Shown here piece after piece: positions 48,960-55,658 of a DNA stretch of 55,658 nucleotides (position 1 is the stretch's first letter; the number at the start of each line of letters is the position of its first letter). The stretch comes from an archaeon (GTDB taxonomy: Archaea > Methanobacteriota_B > Thermococci > Methanofastidiosales > NM3). The stretch lies in NCBI GenBank assembly GCA_004212155.1, contig RXIG01000007.1, positions 1 through 55,658 of the forward strand, in the 5' to 3' direction. The notes under the pieces were generated by a model. The model was not told where the DNA came from and ran no database searches. It saw nothing but the letters and a program-made list of their open reading frames with translations. Made by a program: the position numbers and the translations under genes.

Positions 48960-49706
48960 ATGCATTTAGCGATAATAGGATACGGCAGGATGGGAAAGGA
49001 GATAGCTGACGTCGCCACCGAGCGGGGGCATACGTTCACCACGGTCGATGTCAACGCACCGGACGCCGAGCATGCACGCATCACGCAGGAGTCTGTGGGT
49101 GCATGCGGCGTCTGCATCGACTTCACGCATCCACAAAGCGTCGTGGGAAACATCGAGCAGATGGCCGCGCTCGGCAAGCACATGGTCATCGGCACCACGG
49201 GGTGGTACGGCGAGCTCGACCACGTGCGGTCGGTCGTCGAGGAGCATGATGTAGGACTGTTGTGGTCGCCAAACTTCTCGATAGGGGTCAACCTCTTCTT
49301 CCGCCTCGTGACGGCGGCTGCGGCCATCTTCGACAACGTAGCGGATTACGACGTCATGGGGTACGAGATACACCACAACGGCAAGGCGGACTCGCCCTCG
49401 GGCACGGCCATCAAGATGGCCCAGCAGATCGTCGACGCGATGTCCTCGAAGGACACGCCGGTCTACGAGATGCTCAACAGGCGGCCGGAACCCAACGAGC
49501 TCCACTTCGCTTCGCTGAGAGGCGGGAGCAATCCCGGACGACACACCGTCCTGTTCGACTCGCCGTTTGACACCATCGAGCTTACGCACCAGAACAGGAC
49601 CCGCAGGGGCCTTGCAGTCGGAGCGGTGCTTGCCGCCGAGTACATGCGTGAAAGGAAAGGATTCCACAGCATTGATGATCTGATAGACAGCATGGTAGGA
49701 GAGTAG
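48960..49706 (+). CDS. dapB: 4-hydroxy-tetrahydrodipicolinate reductase
   Basis: GYGRMG, IDFT, GTTG, PNFSIG and EIHHNGKADSPSGTA. Confidence 0.95.
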   Translation: MHLAIIGYGRMGKEIADVATERGHTFTTVDVNAPDAEHARITQESVGACGVCIDFTHPQSVVGNIEQMAALGKHMVIGTTGWYGELDHVRSVVEEHDVGLLWSPNFSIGVNLFFRLVTAAAAIFDNVADYDVMGYEIHHNGKADSPSGTAIKMAQQIVDAMSSKDTPVYEMLNRRPEPNELHFASLRGGSNPGRHTVLFDSPFDTIELTHQNRTRRGLAVGAVLAAEYMRERKGFHSIDDLIDSMVGE

Positions 49707-49710
49707 TATT

Positions 49711-50586
49711 ATGTTTAGAGGAGTATACACAGCAATGGTCACCCCCTTCGATGAGAACGGGGCTGTAGACGAGGAGACCCTTCGTCAACTGGTCGACTTC
49801 CAGATTGAAAACGGGGTCTCGGGATTAGTACCAACGGGAACGACGGGCGAGAGCCCGACACTCTCGCACCAGGAGCATGTCAGGGTCGTTGAGATCGTCA
49901 TCGACCAGGCCAACGGGCGTGTCCCGATCATCGCGGGCACCGGCAGCAACAGCACCGACGAGGCGATATCGATGACGAAGTTGGCAGCCGACGCCGGCGC
50001 CGACGCGACGCTCCAGGTGACCCCATACTACAACAAGCCGCCGCAGCATGCGCTCATACAGCACTTCAAGACGGTCGCAAGCGAGGGTGGGTTGCCGGTC
50101 ATCGTCTACAACATCAAGGGCAGAACGGGCGTCAACATCGAGACCCCCACACTGCTGTCCATGGCAGAAAGCGACAACATCGTCGGCGTCAAGGAGGCTT
50201 CAGGCGACTTCAGCCAGATGACCGACGTCGTGCGAAGCACCCCGAAGAGCTTTTCAGTCCTCTCGGGCGATGACGGATTTGGAGTGCCGCTCACGCTCAT
50301 GGGCGGACAGGGCGTCATCTCCGTGATGTCAAACTTCCTGCCGCGCGAGATGAGCACGATGGTCAACGCGGCGCTTGCAGGCAACGTCGCCGAGGCACAG
50401 CGCATGCACTACCATTATCTCGATCTCATGAAGGCGATGTTCCTGGAGACCAACCCCATGCCCGTGAAGGCAGCCATGGCCATGATGGGCCTCATCACGG
50501 AGAAGTACCGTCTTCCGCTCACCACCATGTCAAACGAGCGCAGGCAGCAGCTCCAGCGCATCATGAGCGCATACGAGCTCATCTGA
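49711..50586 (+). CDS. dapA: 4-hydroxy-tetrahydrodipicolinate synthase
   Basis: GTTGES, PYYNKP, YNI..RT, GVKEA, SGDD and NP-x-PVK. Confidence 0.96.
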   Translation: MFRGVYTAMVTPFDENGAVDEETLRQLVDFQIENGVSGLVPTGTTGESPTLSHQEHVRVVEIVIDQANGRVPIIAGTGSNSTDEAISMTKLAADAGADATLQVTPYYNKPPQHALIQHFKTVASEGGLPVIVYNIKGRTGVNIETPTLLSMAESDNIVGVKEASGDFSQMTDVVRSTPKSFSVLSGDDGFGVPLTLMGGQGVISVMSNFLPREMSTMVNAALAGNVAEAQRMHYHYLDLMKAMFLETNPMPVKAAMAMMGLITEKYRLPLTTMSNERRQQLQRIMSAYELI

Positions 50587-50597
50587 GGTGGGCTCAC

Positions 50598-51836
50598 ATG
50601 GCGGATGGCACCAGAGAGCTACAGCTTGGCGGCGTGGGCGCATCGGAGCTCATTGAGGAGTTCGGAAGTCCCCTCTTCGTCTACGAGGAGGACGTCATCC
50701 GTTCCCGGTACGAGGACCTGCGCTCCGCCATCACCTATCCGAAGACGAAGATCCACTATGCCGCAAAGGCCAATTCCAATCCCGCCATCCTTGCCCTCCT
50801 CCGCGATCTGGGTGCAGGCATCGATGCCACGAGCCCCGGAGAGGTCTTTCTGTCGCTTCGCGCAGGATTCTCGCCGTCGGATATCCTTTTCACGGGCGTC
50901 AACTCATCGGCCGAGGACCTTGCCTACTGCCGTGAACAAGGCGTGGGAGTAAACATCGGGTCGCTGGCGCTGCTTGAGCTGTGGGGCGAGACGTATCCCG
51001 GCACCAAAGTAAGCATACGTGTCAATCCTGATGTAGGAGCAGGCCACCATGACCATACGATCACCGGTGGTCCCCATTCGAAGTTCGGAATCTACTACGA
51101 CCGGATGGACAGGGCACAGGAGATCGCCGACCGCTACGACGTCGACATCGTCGGCGTCCACGCCCATATCGGCTCCGGGATCCTCGAGACGTCGTCGTTC
51201 CTGACGGCAATGGACATCATCCTTGAAACGGCCACCGCCCTCGACGGGCTCGAATTCGTCGACATCGGCGGGGGCATGGGAGTGCCCTACAGGCCCGAGG
51301 ACACGCCGCTCCCGCTTACCGAGATGGGACATGCCATGTCGGAGAAGTTCTCCACGTTTTGCGCCGATTACGGATCGTCGCTCGAGCTCAAGCTCGAACC
51401 GGGGCGATTCCTCGTTGCCGAGGCTGGAACGCTCCTTACGCGCGTGACCAATCTCAAGGCCACGCGATCATATCGATTCGTCGGCGTGGACACGGGATTC
51501 AACCATCTGGCACGCCCCATACTCTACGGTTCATATCACCACATCGACAACGCCACGCGGCCTGATGCCATTGAGGAGAAGGTCGTCGTGGGAGGCAACC
51601 TCTGCGAGTCGGGCGACGTGTTCACCCGCGGCGACCACGGCATCGAGGAGCGCATGGTCCCTTCGCCACACATGGGCGACATCCTCGCACTGCGCGAGGC
51701 GGGTGCTTACGGCTACAGCATGGCGTCGAACTACAACAGCAGGCTCCTGCCGGCAGAGGTCGTCGTCTCGGACGGCATGGCCCGCCTCGTTCGCCGGCGC
51801 CAGACGCTGGAGGACCTCGTATGGGCCGACGTATAG
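50598..51836 (+). CDS. lysA: Diaminopimelate decarboxylase
   Basis: YAAKAN, SKFG, HIGS, EPGR, CESGD and GAYGYSMASNYN. Confidence 0.95.
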   Translation: MADGTRELQLGGVGASELIEEFGSPLFVYEEDVIRSRYEDLRSAITYPKTKIHYAAKANSNPAILALLRDLGAGIDATSPGEVFLSLRAGFSPSDILFTGVNSSAEDLAYCREQGVGVNIGSLALLELWGETYPGTKVSIRVNPDVGAGHHDHTITGGPHSKFGIYYDRMDRAQEIADRYDVDIVGVHAHIGSGILETSSFLTAMDIILETATALDGLEFVDIGGGMGVPYRPEDTPLPLTEMGHAMSEKFSTFCADYGSSLELKLEPGRFLVAEAGTLLTRVTNLKATRSYRFVGVDTGFNHLARPILYGSYHHIDNATRPDAIEEKVVVGGNLCESGDVFTRGDHGIEERMVPSPHMGDILALREAGAYGYSMASNYNSRLLPAEVVVSDGMARLVRRRQTLEDLVWADV

Positions 51837-52678
51837 CGTTCACCAAGATGGAGGGGCTTGGCAACGACTACGTCTACATCGACCTCTTCGAGACATCGCT
51901 TGAGGAAATCGACCCGGGTGCCCTCGCCCGCAAGGTCTCCGACCGCCACTTTGGCATTGGGAGCGACGGGCTCGTTCTCATCGGACCGTCCGATACAGCA
52001 CACTGCCGGATGCGCATGTTCAACAGCGACGGGTCTGAAAGCGAGATGTGCGGAAACGCGGTGCGTTGCATCGCCAAGCTCATGTACGATGCCGGACGCC
52101 ACACCGACGGACGCGTCTCCATCGAGACGCTCGCCGGGCTCATCAACGCACGCATCATGGAGGATCTCGGCACACATGCGCAGGTCGAGGTGTTCATGGG
52201 TGTACCACGGCTGCGCGGACCAGAGATACCGGTGAGAAGCGAAGCAGACCGCGTCATTGGCGTCCCACTCGAGAGCGGCGGCGTCACGTGGTATGCGACC
52301 TGCGTTTCCATGGGCAATCCACATTGTGTGCTCTTCGTTGACGATGCATGCGACGATCTCGTGCACTCTGTCGGTCCCGCGCTCGAGACGCACGAGTTCT
52401 TCCCCAATCGCACCAACGTCGAGTTCGTCGAGGTCATCGACCGCTCTCACCTGCGCATGCGCGTCTGGGAGCGCGGAGCGGGCGAGACCCTGGCATGCGG
52501 CACGGGGGCCAGCGCCTCGCTCGTGGCAGGCGTCCTCAACGGAGTCTGCGACAGGGCCGTACGTATGGACCTTCTTGGTGGATCGCTCGAGATCGAGTGG
52601 TGCGACGACGAAAATATTAAAATAGTCGGTCCCGCCGTCATTGTGTTCAAAGGTGAGTATTATCATGAAGGGAAGTAA
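51821..52678 (+). CDS. dapF: Diaminopimelate epimerase
   Basis: GLGND, EMCGN, MGNPH and ERGAGETLACGTG. Confidence 0.95.
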   Translation: MGRRIAFTKMEGLGNDYVYIDLFETSLEEIDPGALARKVSDRHFGIGSDGLVLIGPSDTAHCRMRMFNSDGSESEMCGNAVRCIAKLMYDAGRHTDGRVSIETLAGLINARIMEDLGTHAQVEVFMGVPRLRGPEIPVRSEADRVIGVPLESGGVTWYATCVSMGNPHCVLFVDDACDDLVHSVGPALETHEFFPNRTNVEFVEVIDRSHLRMRVWERGAGETLACGTGASASLVAGVLNGVCDRAVRMDLLGGSLEIEWCDDENIKIVGPAVIVFKGEYYHEGK

Positions 52679-53834
52679 CAAACTGAGCAAGCTTGGCACC
52701 TATGCGTTCGCCGATGTCGATGAGCTCGTCAACGACCTGACCCGTCGAGGTATCACGCCCATCGATTTCGGGGTCGGCGATCCCCAGGACCCCACGCCCG
52801 AGGTCGTGCGCTCGGCATGTGCCCAGGGAATAGAGACGCGCAAGTCGTCGGGGTATCCAAGCTATATTGGGGCTGATGAATACCGCGAGACCGTTTCCGA
52901 ATGGGTGAAAGGCCGATTCGGCATCGACATGGATCCGAAGACGGAGATCACGAGCACGCTTGGCGCCAAGGAGGCTGTGTTTCACATGCCGCTGGCATTT
53001 CTCAACGAGGGTGACCACGTCGTCGCCCCCAATCCCTATTATCCCCCCTATGAGCGCGGCACGCTCTTTGCGGGCGGGAAGTGCCATTTCCTCCCCCTCG
53101 AGCGAGAAAACGGTTATCTGATGGACTTCGAGCAGATCCCCGATGACGTCGCACGATCCCTCAAGATCATCTGGATCAACTATCCGTCGAATCCCACCGG
53201 TGCGCTGGCCACCGACGAGTTCTACAAGGAAGCGGTCGACTTCGCGCAGGACAACGATGTCCTCATCGTCTCAGACGAGTGCTACAGCGAGATGTATTAC
53301 GACACGAAGCCCCGCTCGATCCTCGAGTTCGGCTACGAGAACGTGCTCGTGATGCAGTCGCTCTCGAAGCGCTCCAATATGACCAACTACCGTGTGGGTT
53401 GGGTCATGGGCGACAAGGATGCGCTTGCGCTCTTCAGGAAGGTCAAGACCAACATCGACAGCGGAACACCCACGTTCATCCAGGATGGGGCCATCGCTGC
53501 ACTGCGCGACGAGGCGCATGTCAAGAGGATGCGCGACGGTTACCGCACGAAGCGCGACATCATATGCTCGGCGTTCGAGGATGTAGGATATCCCTCGTGC
53601 GTGCCACCTGCGACGTTTTATGTCTGGCAGGAAGTGCCTGCCGAAAAGGGAAGCGTCGAGGTCGCAAAGCGCCTGCTCGACCCATCGGTCGGCATCGTCA
53701 CAACACCGGGCAAGTGGATATCAAAAAACGTTGATGGCTACAATCCTGGCGAGAACTTCATCCGCCTTGCACTCGTGCCCTCGATCGAGGCATGCAAGGA
53801 AGCGGCGGAAAAAATAAGGGATGCGGAGCTTTAG
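52665..53834 (+). CDS. dapL: Class I PLP aminotransferase, probable LL-diaminopimelate aminotransferase
   Basis: GVGDP, NYPSNPTG, DECY and SLSK..NMT..RVG; last gene of the dap operon. Confidence 0.8.
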   Translation: MKGSNKLSKLGTYAFADVDELVNDLTRRGITPIDFGVGDPQDPTPEVVRSACAQGIETRKSSGYPSYIGADEYRETVSEWVKGRFGIDMDPKTEITSTLGAKEAVFHMPLAFLNEGDHVVAPNPYYPPYERGTLFAGGKCHFLPLERENGYLMDFEQIPDDVARSLKIIWINYPSNPTGALATDEFYKEAVDFAQDNDVLIVSDECYSEMYYDTKPRSILEFGYENVLVMQSLSKRSNMTNYRVGWVMGDKDALALFRKVKTNIDSGTPTFIQDGAIAALRDEAHVKRMRDGYRTKRDIICSAFEDVGYPSCVPPATFYVWQEVPAEKGSVEVAKRLLDPSVGIVTTPGKWISKNVDGYNPGENFIRLALVPSIEACKEAAEKIRDAEL

Positions 53835-54472
53835 GCTCCGATCTTTTTCATTATTTCTGAAAAGACGTCATCGATAGGCTGGTCGCCGTCGATGGTGACA
53901 AGGATGCCCTTCTCATCGTAGTGGTCGATAAGCGGCTTCGTCTGTTTCTCATATTGTTCTATACGGGCCTTGATCACGTCCTCCTTGTCGTCGTCACGCT
54001 GGTAGAGCGTGCCTCCGCATGCGTCGCAGACACCTTGCTCCTCTGGTGGATTCGACTCGACGTGGTAGACCGCCCCGCAGCTGCACGTCCTGCGGCCGGA
54101 GAGGCGGCGAACGATCTTTTCTGTCGGGACATCGATGTAGACCACCTTGTCGATGGAAAATCCCAGGTCGCCGGATATCTGCTCGAGGTCGCGAGCCTGT
54201 GCGAGATTGCGTGGGAATCCGTCGAAGATGAACCCGTCTTTCGTATCTTCCTGCGAGAGGCGCTCCTTGATGAGGTCCTTGATGAGGCAGTCAGGGACAA
54301 GCAGTCCCGCGTCCATGAACTTCTTCGCCTCGATGCCAAGCGGCGTCTGGTGCTTGACGGCTTCGCGCAATATGTCGCCTGTGGAGATCTGGGGGATGCC
54401 GAGGCGCTCGGTGAGCATCTTGGCCTGCGTTCCCTTCCCTCCGCCTGGTTTACCTAGAAGGATGATTCGCAT
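53831..54472 (-). CDS. adk: Adenylate kinase (bacterial-type, Zn-binding LID)
   Basis: GKPGGGKGTQ, STGDILR, DGFPR, C-x-CG...CDACG and QRDDD. Confidence 0.95.
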   Translation of the reverse strand: MRIILLGKPGGGKGTQAKMLTERLGIPQISTGDILREAVKHQTPLGIEAKKFMDAGLLVPDCLIKDLIKERLSQEDTKDGFIFDGFPRNLAQARDLEQISGDLGFSIDKVVYIDVPTEKIVRRLSGRRTCSCGAVYHVESNPPEEQGVCDACGGTLYQRDDDKEDVIKARIEQYEKQTKPLIDHYDEKGILVTIDGDQPIDDVFSEIMKKIGA

Positions 54473-54714
54473 TGTAACACCGTGTATGGAACTGGTGGTA
54501 CTGTTAAATAAGTTTCGTTGCATTGGGCTTTGTACCAATGCCCCCTTCTTTGTGCAAGCATGTTGATGTAAAAGGAATAGCAGGCATTGTTTCCAAACGT
54601 TATTTTCATTGATGACAGCATACTTCTATAAAATATTGCAACGATAATTTTATATTCACTTGACGATTAGAAAAAGAATACAAAAATGGGGCAAAACTCA
54701 TACATAATAAGTAC

Positions 54715-55658
54715 TTGTTTTCTATGGTATCTATCTTCATCTTGATCACTTGTCTTGTGAATTGTTCATCTGCTCACACAACATACCTGCCTTCGGAAGT
54801 GGAGGAATGTTCTTACGGACTTGCACATGAGTCCTTAGTAAGCAGCCAAAATGTATTAACAAATGTGTTGATGGATACAGGCACCTATGGCTACGGATAT
54901 GTTACAAACGATTGGGGGACTATCTCTGAAGGTACTTGTTATTTTGACCTTGGAGATCCAGGCACGATAACTGAATTTGGTTTTACCGCTTCTGATTTCA
55001 TAGCCACGGCTGATTTCGTTGGGGATACGTGGTATGGCATTGTATATGGTGGTACACTTGTTTCAATTGATACAACAACTGGTGCCATTTCTACCATAGG
55101 CAACACTGTGGATGCCACAGGGATGACGTATGATACGACCACTGATACAATGTTTGCTGTAGAACCACTAAGTGGCGGATTATATTCTATAGACCTCGAC
55201 ACGGGAACAGAAACATTAATCGGTCATACAATAACCTACATTATTGCTCTAGAATGTAGCAACGATGGTACCCTATATGGGATTGAGATTATTAATGATA
55301 CTTTTGGTACGGTCGATAAACAAAATGGGACATGGACTGCAATCGGTTCTATTGGCATGGATCTGAATTTTGCTCAGGATGCCTCATTCGATCATGTCAA
55401 CGATGTTTTGTATCATGCAGCGTATTCCAATAGTGGCAAATTGGTTACTATCGACCTTGACACAGGAACAGCAACTGAAGTTGGTGCCTTTCCTTATGGA
55501 TTGGAGATGACGGGATTTGCCATCCCCTACGAGTCGAATGCTGATCCAGTGGCAGAATTCTCATACGCGCCTCAGATGCCAAAGACAGGACAGACGATCT
55601 CATTTGATCCATCTGCTTCCTACGATCCCGACGGCACGATCGTGACCTACGAGTGGGA
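54715..55658 (+). CDS. Exported beta-propeller-like plus PKD-domain surface protein (3' truncated; not in the ORF track)
   Basis: Open frame from TTG 54715/ATG 54724 to the window end; hydrophobic signal; repeated IDxxTG blades; PKD motif PVAEF...FDPSASYDPDGTIVTYEW; start uncertain. Confidence 0.8.
   Translation, partial: MFSMVSIFILITCLVNCSSAHTTYLPSEVEECSYGLAHESLVSSQNVLTNVLMDTGTYGYGYVTNDWGTISEGTCYFDLGDPGTITEFGFTASDFIATADFVGDTWYGIVYGGTLVSIDTTTGAISTIGNTVDATGMTYDTTTDTMFAVEPLSGGLYSIDLDTGTETLIGHTITYIIALECSNDGTLYGIEIINDTFGTVDKQNGTWTAIGSIGMDLNFAQDASFDHVNDVLYHAAYSNSGKLVTIDLDTGTATEVGAFPYGLEMTGFAIPYESNADPVAEFSYAPQMPKTGQTISFDPSASYDPDGTIVTYEW

Overview
A gene-dense chromosomal segment, mostly about 55-60% GC, from an archaeon. 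Archaeal markers are the A1A0 ATP synthase operon, KEOPS genes, uS15, form III RuBisCO, the HMG-CoA synthase/thiolase/DUF35 cluster, BRE/TATA promoters and oligo-T terminators. The Thermococcales/Methanococcales-type S-layer gene suggests a Thermococci-related lineage such as Methanofastidiosia or Theionarchaea (inference only). From left to right: the 3' end of an IS1634-like element; a Cys-rich S-layer gene and other surface proteins; bioY with a BirA-type operator; hmgA; repair and housekeeping genes; tandem lipoproteins; a Trx-Trx-CcdA gene; a paaK/symporter/ACT operon; tRNA-Gln(CUG); nadA; surE; a hybrid histidine kinase; ahaHIKECFABD; rbcL; kae1-sua5-bud32-rdgB-rps15-DHH::Pcc; a ClC channel; the mevalonate entry operon; dapB-dapA-lysA-dapF-dapL; adk; and a truncated PKD surface protein. 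No CRISPR array, prophage or recognisable defence island was found. The best leads are: (i) apparent non-canonical starts (CTG for ahaD, ATT for paaK) plus a Tyr-rich uORF in the paaK leader; (ii) a DHH nuclease fused to a Pcc1/Pcc2-like KEOPS subunit within a t6A gene cluster; (iii) a 20-Cys, compositionally mosaic S-layer with neighbouring exported thioredoxin/CcdA machinery; (iv) a shared palindromic motif that may be the operator of the uncharacterised regulator next to the mevalonate operon. All product calls rest on motif recognition by eye, not database searches.
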